Counted from the first letter of the stretch, positions 49,447 to 58,518 are shown. The stretch: DNA of 64,000 bases from Promethearchaeota archaeon (GCA_048938005.1 JBHLMQ010000003.1:1-64000), one strand, 5' to 3'. Numbers and translations: made by a program. Notes: generated from the letters alone by a model not told the origin.

Positions 49447-50160
49447 TTATAACGCCAAAAAATAATCAAGAGTTGCTTTTACATGAACTTCTAATGTATC
49501 AAGCAGAGTTTTGTTTATATCCTTTTGAGTTAATATTAACGGTAATTCGGTGCATCCTAAAATTACACCATCTACATTAGCGTAATTATTAATTATCTGG
49601 AGCAAGACCTTTTTACTTTCTTGTTTGAAGAAGCCAATTACTAATTCATCAAAAATTATTTTATCTATAACATCTTGCTCTTCATTGGAAGGTGTAATTA
49701 CTTCAATGCCTAATTTTCTACAATAATCTTGATAAAAAGTTGATTGCATTGTAAATTTTATACCAAGTAATAATAGTTTCTTCATGTTTTCTTGTCTTGC
49801 TTTTTCAGCAGTGGCTTTTACAATGCTCAAAATTGGAACTTTTGATAATTTTGCCAAATCTTCATATACTGCATGGGGAGAATTTGCCGCCATTACAATG
49901 AAACTAACTCCACCTTTTTCTAATGCGTTAATCCCTTCCATTAAATATTCTATATAATATGATTTATCATCTTCATGTTCTAAATTAATTACTTTCTGAA
50001 AATTTAGGCTAAAAATTAATACTTCAGGATAATTATAATCATTATACTTCTCATAATACTTTTCAAGAAGTAAATCATAATATTTAATCGTAGATTCATA
50101 AGACATACCACCCAAAATACCAATTCTATTCACTTTTTTTAAACCTCCTTTCCCATTCAC
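49447..50160 (-). CDS. Aspartate/glutamate racemase-family protein (YgeA/RacX-like)
   Basis: IGILGGMS.EST..YY, AANSPH, LGCTELP; likely start is the GTG near 50133. Confidence 0.85.
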   Translation of the reverse strand: MNGKGGLKKVNRIGILGGMSYESTIKYYDLLLEKYYEKYNDYNYPEVLIFSLNFQKVINLEHEDDKSYYIEYLMEGINALEKGGVSFIVMAANSPHAVYEDLAKLSKVPILSIVKATAEKARQENMKKLLLLGIKFTMQSTFYQDYCRKLGIEVITPSNEEQDVIDKIIFDELVIGFFKQESKKVLLQIINNYANVDGVILGCTELPLILTQKDINKTLLDTLEVHVKATLDYFLAL

Positions 50161-50641
50161 TTCTCATTATTATTTTTTTTACATCTTTTAAATGATCTGT
50201 TGCTAAAATACCATTAAGATGGTCAATTTCATGCTGAACTAATTCTGAAAGATCATCAGAAAAATCCTCAAAAACTAAATTTCCATTCTCATCTTGATAT
50301 TCACATTTTATAGTTTTGTATCTTTGAATCTCTACAAAGAAAGCGATATCAAAACTATAACAACTATCCCAAATATTGATGGTTTCTTCGCTTTTCCAAG
50401 TAATTTTTGGATTCACCATATAGAAAGATTTATCTGGTAATTGGTAAAATATCAACCTTTTCATAATACCTATTTGCGGTGCTGCGATTGCTCTGCCAAG
50501 TTTTTTAGTTTCCTGGAGATTAGTTAGTGTATCCTTAAGATCTTGAAGGTGTTGTACAAAATCTAAATTAAAATCTTCAATAAGATATGATCTTTCTCTT
50601 AATTTTGGATTACCCAGCATTACAACTTCTTTAATTGCCAT
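50126..50641 (-). CDS. def: Peptide deformylase-family protein
   Basis: GNPKLR, AIAAPQIG, MVNP, DSCYS, QHEIDHLNGIL. Confidence 0.85.
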   Translation of the reverse strand: MAIKEVVMLGNPKLRERSYLIEDFNLDFVQHLQDLKDTLTNLQETKKLGRAIAAPQIGIMKRLIFYQLPDKSFYMVNPKITWKSEETINIWDSCYSFDIAFFVEIQRYKTIKCEYQDENGNLVFEDFSDDLSELVQHEIDHLNGILATDHLKDVKKIIMRSEWERRFKKSE

Positions 50642-50704
50642 AAAGGTTCACAATGAAAATTATTTTAATTATATCTTTTAATTATAAAGGAGTTAATTAT
50701 CTGA

Positions 50705-51262
50705 TTAATAATGAATTCTATCGGTAATAACTTTTCCCTTATCTGTAAACTCTATTCCTTCTAACTCTAACAACGCACGTTTCATATTGATACCACCTTG
50801 GTATCCTCCGAGTTCACCATTTGATTTAATCGCTCGATGACAAGGAATAATGATAGGAAATGGATTGTGGGCTAGTGCGTTTCCAACGACTCTGGCTCCC
50901 TTAGGAATGCCAATATGATTCGCAATTCGCTTATAAGTACTAATCCACCCTCTTGGAATCCCATAATCTGCTATAAGTACTCTCTTTTGAACTTCCGAAC
51001 ATTTTGTAAAATCAAGCAGCGCTAAGTCAAATTCTACATCTTTACCTCTAAGAAACCGTTGTACTTTCTCACCAAGTGACGCAATTAATGAAGATGATTG
51101 TGGTTTAACTTGGTTGAAAGATTCCTGAGCTTTCACTTCGGATTTGAGTTGAGGATCACTAAGAAATATACGTTGGATTAGTAAATTAGAGCCAGTTTCT
51201 TTCCATACAATAGTAAAAGTATCAAATGGAGAAGAAAATATAGTATAAAAACGATACTCCAT
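50705..51262 (-). CDS. ogt: Methylated-DNA--protein-cysteine methyltransferase
   Basis: IPRG...TY..IA, ARVVGNAL..NP, IPCHR, GGY.GG..K..LL..EG. Confidence 0.95.
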   Translation of the reverse strand: MEYRFYTIFSSPFDTFTIVWKETGSNLLIQRIFLSDPQLKSEVKAQESFNQVKPQSSSLIASLGEKVQRFLRGKDVEFDLALLDFTKCSEVQKRVLIADYGIPRGWISTYKRIANHIGIPKGARVVGNALAHNPFPIIIPCHRAIKSNGELGGYQGGINMKRALLELEGIEFTDKGKVITDRIHY

Positions 51263-51311
51263 ATTTTGTCAATATAATCATTAAAATATAAAGTTTTTTT
51301 ATGAATTTTAT

Positions 51312-51342
51312 TCGTGAAATCATCGTTTCACGATAAATTTTC
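51312..51342. repeat. Palindromic element, copy 1 of a direct repeat
   Basis: TCGTGAAA-tcatcg-TTTCACGA hairpin; tcatcgtttcacgat-aaattttc recurs at 54642. Confidence 0.7.
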
Positions 51343-51347
51343 AAAAT

Positions 51348-52619
51348 TTAGGTTCTCATCAATACACTTGGATCCTTCTTCTTTTTTATCGTGGTATCTC
51401 CAAATATTATTTCTCTAAAATCATTGAGATGACAAACCCAGCAAAAATTGTTATTTAGTGAATTTATATTACCACAATTAGAACAAACCTTAAAATCTTT
51501 TGGATGTGAGAAAATATGTTTTGCTTTGTAATATCCTTTTGTTTCCCACTCCAAATTTCTTAACTCTTTTAAATAATTTACAAAGAAATCAAATAATTTA
51601 AGTTTTTGTAAAGTCCTTCCAGTTTTCTTAAAATTTTCACCACATAAAATACTCGATAAATGAATTATCGCGTTGATTGAAGGTGTGGACACATTTAAAA
51701 ACTTGGCTAATGAAGCAACTGGTACAAGCCCCGTTGGTACATCTTCTGTAAAGTATCTTGTTATCAATTTATCAGGAGCATTTATATTTTTGTATGCTTT
51801 GACATTTTGAATAGATTCATAAATATTATCTGTATTAATACCATATGACTTTTTTACCCATTTATGAAATTTTAATTGTTTTAATCCTAACTTTAAAAAA
51901 ATTTCATTTAGCTCAAGTTCTATATTCTCAAGAACTTCACATATTCGTGGAGTAGCTCCTTCTTTATAAAACTTGAATTTTTTGCCAAAATCCATCATAC
52001 CCGCATTTAATAAAGATATTGTAGGATGCAATAACATTCCTATATTATTTAAAGTCACTTCAAGGTAATTTTCAACAGGATTAAATTGAGGAAATATTTC
52101 TTTTATCACATCATATACTAAAAATGTAAATTCACCAGGAAAAGTTGAAAAATTAACTGTATCTTTAATTGTAATTATATTAACTTCATTTCCAGCTAAT
52201 TCTCTTGAAGTAAAAAGGAGCGTTTGAGTCTCACCAACTTTAATGAAATTCTTCCTTTTTATCCCATCAATAATTCCTTTAACTTCTACAGAACCAAAGG
52301 TTCTTCCTGGATTTAATATTATGATTTGATTAGTAGATAATAGAGGAGCCAATTTTTTTGCTATGCTATTATGGGCTGAAGCAGGAATGACAACCATTAT
52401 TACATCTGCGTCTCTTATAGCCAATTTTAAGTTTTGTGTAATTAATTCAAGAGGAAAAAATCCTTCTAGTGCACCTTTTGCTTTAATTCCTCCTTTTTGT
52501 TTAATAGCACTTATTCTTGAATAAGAGCGATTATAAAGTGAGACGGGGAATCCTTTTGAAGAAATATAGGCAGCAAACGCTCTACCACCTGAACCCGCAC
52601 CAATCACGCAAAATTTCAC
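51348..52619 (-). CDS. NAD(P)-dependent opine (octopine/nopaline-type) dehydrogenase with C-terminal zinc finger
   Basis: IGAGSGG, LNPGRTFG, ETQT, LHP, FY.EG, RYFTEDVPTGLVP, GRTL; tail CSNCGNINSLNNNFCWVC. Confidence 0.85.
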   Translation of the reverse strand: MKFCVIGAGSGGRAFAAYISSKGFPVSLYNRSYSRISAIKQKGGIKAKGALEGFFPLELITQNLKLAIRDADVIMVVIPASAHNSIAKKLAPLLSTNQIIILNPGRTFGSVEVKGIIDGIKRKNFIKVGETQTLLFTSRELAGNEVNIITIKDTVNFSTFPGEFTFLVYDVIKEIFPQFNPVENYLEVTLNNIGMLLHPTISLLNAGMMDFGKKFKFYKEGATPRICEVLENIELELNEIFLKLGLKQLKFHKWVKKSYGINTDNIYESIQNVKAYKNINAPDKLITRYFTEDVPTGLVPVASLAKFLNVSTPSINAIIHLSSILCGENFKKTGRTLQKLKLFDFFVNYLKELRNLEWETKGYYKAKHIFSHPKDFKVCSNCGNINSLNNNFCWVCHLNDFREIIFGDTTIKKKKDPSVLMRT

Positions 52620-54361
52620 TCATTCATCACCTTACCATAAAAAAATTCTTTTTGGAATTTATCTTCTGACCTTAATAGATTAGGATACTTTTCGATAATT
52701 TTTTTAATCCTATCTCTTTCATCAATTATCTTTTGGTGTTTAATGTCCCAAGAATAACATGCGCCATTAATAATTTTCGTTTTAATTTGTCCTAATGCAA
52801 ATTGATTATTTTGTAACTGAGGTGCATCGAAAATTCCATATTCTATGAGCCGATTTAGAACTTTATGGTTTATCCACGGATTTTTTTGTTCTTCAGATGT
52901 TTTCGCTAACCGAGGAATCAAATTGATAATCCATTGGGCTTCTCTTATTAATTCTTCTTTCCTTTTCCTAATTTTCTTATCAATAAAATTTAATTTACTA
53001 GCAAATGAATTATTAATTACCTGATCCACAATTTTACAACTTTCAATAATATCATCTGGTTGAGCAGCATGACTCGCTTCAGAATAACTAACAACATGAA
53101 CAATATCAGGTTTTATTGCTAATTGTATTAATGTAGCTGCGGCTAACTGCCCTTTAGCCTTATCTAAATCTATTGGAAAACTTGCCAATCCTGTTCTAAC
53201 TTGTTTAATTAATGAAAATGAATTGTCTACTAAGGTTAGAAGAAGTTCATCTTTAGCTAAAATTTTAGCGAGATCCATGTCAAGCGAACTTGAAGGAGGA
53301 GTATTAAACATATATTGTGCTATAAAATATTTAACACCTAGTTTCTTTGCTATAATTCCTGATAAATACATATCCGCAACAGCGATTGCATCTGGTGCAT
53401 CTCTTAGACTCCAATGGTGAGGATCGTTTATCTCTACAGGCACATCATTTTCAGCATACCATTTAATTGTATTTAAGTGTTTTTTTATAGATTTTTTTAA
53501 ATTAAGAGGTCCTCTCCCATCCATCTGATTAAACCAGAAAATAGGAATAGCTGCCCAAGCATTTTTTATTGTTCGGTGGAATAATTCAGCAAGCTTTATG
53601 AAATCTCTTGTTCCGGCATAAATTCTTAGCAAAGGATGATTTCCCGTTAATCTTGCTTTATGTAGTTTAAGAAAATCCTCTTCGGTTCTTAATGGAACAC
53701 CTCCAGCCCCAGATAACTCTTGAATTTGCCCTTCGGGATGAAAATAATTAGCCTGCGTGTTTTGATCAGGGGCAATGGAAATCACATCCAAAACCTCTGC
53801 TTTAGCTATTATTTGTATTCCTCTTACCGTTTCTTCAAAATCAGATAAACCAAAATGGGCTCTAATTATCGGATATGGTTTTTTCCATTCTATTCTTGAT
53901 ATTAAATCCATTGGAATTTCTAATCTACTTTTAAGATTTTGTTTTTCATCTTTTAAAATTGAGATTATTCTATGTTTTGATTCGCCCCCTATGAAGTATT
54001 CATCAAACTCATTAAACTCTTTTACAACATTAATAACTTCTGAAGTTCCTGCGAAGTATAGCTTACTTGGCTTGTTTTCTATTTTTTTAAAATTTTTTAA
54101 AAAATTCTTAAGTAATGGTTTTACGGTTGATGGGGTAAGACGATAACTTAATCCAACAATTTTAGGGTTATAGTTTTGAATTTGATTCATCAATTTCCAA
54201 ATTGGGGTTGCTGGACCTAAAAATTTACATTCATAACCAAGCTGGGTTGCAATGCTCATAAAATTATAAGCCCCCGCAACATGTACACATTGACCTATGC
54301 AGGCAATCAATATCCTTTTATTTTTATTACTTTTTGAATTTTTTAGTGTAATTTTTTGCAA
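52616..54361 (-). CDS. Cobalamin-binding domain fused to TIM-barrel (B12 mutase-like) protein
   Basis: QCVHVAG (DxHxxG-like), GLSYRL; barrel IRAHFG, SIAPDQNTQ, GAGGVP; GGGGTGA SD before TTG; overlaps ODH start. Confidence 0.7.
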   Translation of the reverse strand: MQKITLKNSKSNKNKRILIACIGQCVHVAGAYNFMSIATQLGYECKFLGPATPIWKLMNQIQNYNPKIVGLSYRLTPSTVKPLLKNFLKNFKKIENKPSKLYFAGTSEVINVVKEFNEFDEYFIGGESKHRIISILKDEKQNLKSRLEIPMDLISRIEWKKPYPIIRAHFGLSDFEETVRGIQIIAKAEVLDVISIAPDQNTQANYFHPEGQIQELSGAGGVPLRTEEDFLKLHKARLTGNHPLLRIYAGTRDFIKLAELFHRTIKNAWAAIPIFWFNQMDGRGPLNLKKSIKKHLNTIKWYAENDVPVEINDPHHWSLRDAPDAIAVADMYLSGIIAKKLGVKYFIAQYMFNTPPSSSLDMDLAKILAKDELLLTLVDNSFSLIKQVRTGLASFPIDLDKAKGQLAAATLIQLAIKPDIVHVVSYSEASHAAQPDDIIESCKIVDQVINNSFASKLNFIDKKIRKRKEELIREAQWIINLIPRLAKTSEEQKNPWINHKVLNRLIEYGIFDAPQLQNNQFALGQIKTKIINGACYSWDIKHQKIIDERDRIKKIIEKYPNLLRSEDKFQKEFFYGKVMNE

Positions 54362-54641
54362 AATATCACCCCTATTTTTTTAGGAGAAATAAAAGAGAAG
54401 AATTTCATACATTATTCATAAAATCGATTTGTGCTAATTACACAATTCGATCTTTTTACATTAAGAATAAACAATTTTCTCACTTTAAGCTGATTTTTAA
54501 CAAGTTTCAAGATTCAGCCTATATATCTAGGAAAAAGTTTGATATTTAAGTATTTCGATTATTTATATATGAAAAAATGTAAAAAAATTCCAATTTAACT
54601 AAATTTTGAGTCATATATTTGATATGAATATTTAAGAATGT

Positions 54642-54665
54642 TCATCGTTTCACGATCAAATTTTC
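54642..54665. repeat. Copy 2 of direct repeat
   Basis: tcatcgtttcacgatcaaattttc versus tcatcgtttcacgataaattttc at 51320-51342. Confidence 0.7.
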
Positions 54666-54757
54666 TAATCTTCAATAAACACCATAAATCAATGTTTATA
54701 ATCTTAAAATGAAAAAAGTTAAAATAAAATAGTAAAAAAAATTTGAAGATTAACTTT

Positions 54758-55777
54758 TTAAATGCTAGTTCCATTAACTTCAATACTTCCAGTGCCAGTA
54801 TCTAAATCTAAATCATAATTATATGTTGTTAGGTAATCAATAGAATCGAATGGATTAGAAGATATCGATATGAATCCTCCAGAATTTATACGTGTGAAAC
54901 TGCCTGTTCCTATTGAACCGAAGAAACTAGCACCCACATTAGGGCTTGTGTCTTTATACATAACATCAATACTTCCCGTACCCGATGATACTAAACCTGA
55001 AACATTGGCGCCCATACCCGAATGTTGATTAATAACGATGTCTATACTGCCAGTTCCTGTATTTATAGTCCATACACTATCTTGAGTATATTCCATATTA
55101 AAGCTATTAAAATCTATACTTCCAGTTCCGGTATCTAGATCAACGTTTCCTCCCATAACATTATTTGTAAAATTAGCTAAAATACTTCCGGTACCTGCGT
55201 GTATTGTTAATCCACGGGTAAGATTAGCATTTTTACTATATAAAGCAACAGAACCTGTTCCAGAGTCTAATGTAAGATTATTTAGGATTGCATTATCTGG
55301 AATATTCATGTTTATAGAACCTGTACCAGTATGGGCATCAACATCATACACTACATCAGTCCTTAGCGTGATTGTCACTAAAACATCATAAGATTTAAAC
55401 CAATGCACTGGATTAAACCATACACCTGGTCTAATTTTTAGATCAAATATGGTAGGTATGCTTGAATTTTGCCACCATTCTGTGTAAGGTGTATAAAATT
55501 CTGTGTATTGTGCACCAGCCATAAATAGCCCAGATATTGCCATTGATACCTCAACTTTCGCTATATAAGGTGTTGATGTAGTATTATATTTGATATCTAA
55601 CCTTCCTATATCTGCATTTAAACTTAATTCCTCTATTGGTAAAGGTGATCCTTGATAATAAAAGGTAAACGACTCTTGGATCTTACCAGCTGTCGCAAAA
55701 CCAATAATAAAAAAAATCGAACCTCCACCAACAACTATAGCAGCAATAATAATTGAAATTATATTCCGTCTTCTCAA
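54758..55777 (-). CDS. Membrane-anchored DUF4097/adhesin-like beta-solenoid protein
   Basis: N-terminal TM; about 8 (T/S/A)GTGS(I/V/F) repeats. Confidence 0.7.
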   Translation of the reverse strand: MRRRNIISIIIAAIVVGGGSIFFIIGFATAGKIQESFTFYYQGSPLPIEELSLNADIGRLDIKYNTTSTPYIAKVEVSMAISGLFMAGAQYTEFYTPYTEWWQNSSIPTIFDLKIRPGVWFNPVHWFKSYDVLVTITLRTDVVYDVDAHTGTGSINMNIPDNAILNNLTLDSGTGSVALYSKNANLTRGLTIHAGTGSILANFTNNVMGGNVDLDTGTGSIDFNSFNMEYTQDSVWTINTGTGSIDIVINQHSGMGANVSGLVSSGTGSIDVMYKDTSPNVGASFFGSIGTGSFTRINSGGFISISSNPFDSIDYLTTYNYDLDLDTGTGSIEVNGTSI

Positions 55778-56004
55778 ATTTCTTCACATTATTTTATTTT
55801 AATTTAGATTAAAGTAAATTATTGAAAAATGATATATAAATGAATTTGAGGCTAATTTTTTCCAAAAAAAAAAATCTTATAATTATTATTAAAAATAATA
55901 ATTTCTTATTCAAATCTAGAAATCTTTTAAATATCAAAAAATCAAAATAAGGAAATTCAAAAATAGAATTAAAATTATTATTCAAAAAATTATGGTTTTT
56001 AAAT

Positions 56005-56421
56005 ATGGCATTAAAAGATAAAGCATGGCAAGTAGCATTAGTTGGTGGAATTCTTACATTAATTGGCTGGATCACACCATTCCGTTGGGCATCTATAGGT
56101 GTATATACTAGTATGACCTGGTCATGGGGATTAGCATATGATACATACATTGGAATAATTTTTGCAGCGCAAATATCAGTTGCGGGAATCCTTATTATTA
56201 TAAGTGCAATTATAACATTAATTACAAGTTATTTATCAAAAAAACGCGAAAATTTAAAATTAATGGCTATTTTATGGCTTGTAAGTGGGATTTTAGCAAT
56301 TATAGGGATATTTGTCCTAATAGGAATGGGCGCAATGACATACCTAAGTTTTGGTTTTTATTTACCATTATTTGGTGGAATTATTGTTACTGTTGCAGGA
56401 GCAATGGGTCTTTCTAGATAG
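56005..56421 (+). CDS. Small 4-TM membrane protein
   Basis: Four hydrophobic segments; TP.W and GFYLP motifs. Confidence 0.7.
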   Translation: MALKDKAWQVALVGGILTLIGWITPFRWASIGVYTSMTWSWGLAYDTYIGIIFAAQISVAGILIIISAIITLITSYLSKKRENLKLMAILWLVSGILAIIGIFVLIGMGAMTYLSFGFYLPLFGGIIVTVAGAMGLSR

Positions 56422-56574
56422 TAAATTTTACTGGATATTACTATAGAAAATTATTGTAAATTTTTGAGTGCAAAATTTTTCTAATATCTTAAATATCTTA
56501 AGAGAAACACTTATCTATAATCTCAAAATAATAAAACTTAATTATTTGAGAGCCTTTTTTTAATATGTAATATT

Positions 56575-56646
56575 GGGCCTATGGATTAGTGGAAGATCGT
56601 TCGCTTGGCATGCGAAAGGCCGCGGGTTCAATTCCCGCTAGGTCCA
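56575..56646 (+). tRNA. tRNA-Ala(GGC), intronless, CCA not encoded
   Basis: Acceptor GGGCCTA/TAGGTCC with G3:U70; D stem GATT/GATC; anticodon arm TTCGC-TTGGCAT-GCGAA; T arm GCGGG-TTCAATT-CCCGC; discriminator A. Confidence 0.95.
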
Positions 56647-56774
56647 TTATTGATTCTTATTATGGGAAAAATCCTTATAAACAAATTAATGAATCTTGTA
56701 TTTTAATTAAAATTTAATGAAAATAGCTACAATTTAATAAGTTAGCTTATATTAGGGTAAAAAGAAAAAAAGAG

Positions 56775-56842
56775 ACTTACTTTGTTTTTCTACTTACTTA
56801 GTTTTTCTACTTACTTAGTTTTTCTACTTACTTAGTTTTTCT
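56775..56842. repeat. Tandem repeat, 4 x 17 bp (ACTTACTTAGTTTTTCT)
   Basis: Units at 56775 (1 mismatch), 56792, 56809 and 56826; no spacers. Confidence 0.9.
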
Positions 56843-56991
56843 TCTATTCAAAGGGATATTAAGTATTGCTGGACCCATGACCTTGATTAAAATTGGGAGA
56901 GCTTTTATATACTAATTTGACAATAATATGATTATAATATTTTTTTTTCTTCAGTTGGGATATAAGATTTGAGTAGATAATATGGGCTTTA

Positions 56992-58227
56992 ATGAGTGTG
57001 TTATTTATGCAAACAAGATCTAAGATTGGTTTAGTTGTTTTAATTAATTTTCTTCTTCCTTTACATGTTTTGTTATATTTTGGAGCCTTCAATATGTATT
57101 TCGATTACGCTATGAATTTATGCTACTTATCTTTTTTGGTCTTGGGAAGTAAAGATTTAGAGACAGATAAAAGGGAATTCAAACTATTAGCACTTCTGAA
57201 GATTTTCCCTGTTATTCTCTATTTTTATTATATTATAACTCAAGTAGGATATACTTTTATTAATATGATATTAGGGGGTAGTCTAGATTTTTTCTTTTTC
57301 AATTTCATACTAGCTAACGCCCCAAACTTATATTGGGTAATACGAGCCATCTCCTATAGTGTCACATTTCTTTTAATTTTTGGTTTAACATTGTTTGGAT
57401 TCAATAACAGAAAATACTATGGAAATTACGTGATCGCGTTCGCAGTTTTGTATTTAGTAGATAGATTATTTAGTTTAATTAACGCCATTACTTTATCATA
57501 TAACGCTACATTTTATCTCCTCTTTCTTTATGCCACTTTTGTTTTGGTGTCAATTTCTGCTAGTTATTTGATATTTTTTGGACAAAGAATAAGAATTATA
57601 TATTTTACTTTAAGCGGAATTACGTTTTTTGGATCTGTTTTTATTAGATGGATATTCACTTTCATTTTTTTTATCTTGGCCCAAATAGAGATTTATTCTG
57701 TAATAGCACTTATAACTTCTTTAATTGGAGTAGTGGTTGCAAGCCGATTTATAGAATTAGGGACAACGTTCAAGCGAGGGATTCGCGTCTTTATTACTCA
57801 TGCAGTTGATGACTATCGTAGATACAGAATTAATGAAATTGCCCAATTTTTAGAAAACCAAAAAGGAATACGCTATGTATATTATTGTGAAGCTGATTTA
57901 ACAGGAAATATTGATGCTTGGATGCAAAAAACGGTGCCACGCTGTCAATTACTACTTTTCGTTTCGACTGAAAAATCATTGAATTCGGTTGATTGCGCTA
58001 CTGAATTAAGTATTGCTCGAGATAATAGGTTGACAATCATTCCCATATTGGGAGTTGGGCTAAATTGGGATGATTTGAAAAAGCTAGATGTTCATAGAGA
58101 AGTTGGTGCTAGTTTTGATCCCATGGAATTTGAAGATTTTTGTAATAAATTGTACCAACAATTCCAAATATATAAAAAATCACTCAATCAAATATCTGAC
58201 GATAACCAATCCCAGAAAAAGAAGTAG
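56992..58227 (+). CDS. Multi-TM membrane protein with C-terminal TIR domain
   Basis: About 8 hydrophobic segments, then RVFITHA.DD...GNIDAWM...LLLFVST..SLNSVDCATEL..A...IIPI. Confidence 0.8.
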   Translation: MSVLFMQTRSKIGLVVLINFLLPLHVLLYFGAFNMYFDYAMNLCYLSFLVLGSKDLETDKREFKLLALLKIFPVILYFYYIITQVGYTFINMILGGSLDFFFFNFILANAPNLYWVIRAISYSVTFLLIFGLTLFGFNNRKYYGNYVIAFAVLYLVDRLFSLINAITLSYNATFYLLFLYATFVLVSISASYLIFFGQRIRIIYFTLSGITFFGSVFIRWIFTFIFFILAQIEIYSVIALITSLIGVVVASRFIELGTTFKRGIRVFITHAVDDYRRYRINEIAQFLENQKGIRYVYYCEADLTGNIDAWMQKTVPRCQLLLFVSTEKSLNSVDCATELSIARDNRLTIIPILGVGLNWDDLKKLDVHREVGASFDPMEFEDFCNKLYQQFQIYKKSLNQISDDNQSQKKK

Positions 58228-58518
58228 TAAATGTACGTTATTAAAATACCAAAGATTTCACACTCTATCAATATATTCTTGATGAATTTTTTAGTGGGTT
58301 TTTCATTGAAATCAGACTCTGAATTTACCATTTCATTCCAGTTTCAAAGGAAATTGAGAGTGTATCAGATATCATTGAAACAATTATAAATAATGAGGAA
58401 AAAGCATTAAAAAAAGCAATCACACTTGTGTAATAGGTCTATATTCTCTTTCTATTATTTATTTTTAGGTTAAAATCTTTAGGTTTAAATAAGTTTTCTT
58501 ATTTGATATAATCAATCT

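Noticed and set aside
47113-54361. Staphylopine-like metallophore cluster (MFS, racemase, opine dehydrogenase)
   Set aside because: No nicotianamine-synthase-like gene; racemase is Asp/Glu-type rather than DapF-fold; ogt and def intervene; the repeats suggest the ODH operon is a separate unit
54362-54640. Cobalamin riboswitch upstream of the B12-binding gene
   Set aside because: Region is very AT-rich and I see no B12-box or conserved stems
56775-56842. 17-bp repeats as CRISPR
   Set aside because: Head-to-tail with no spacers
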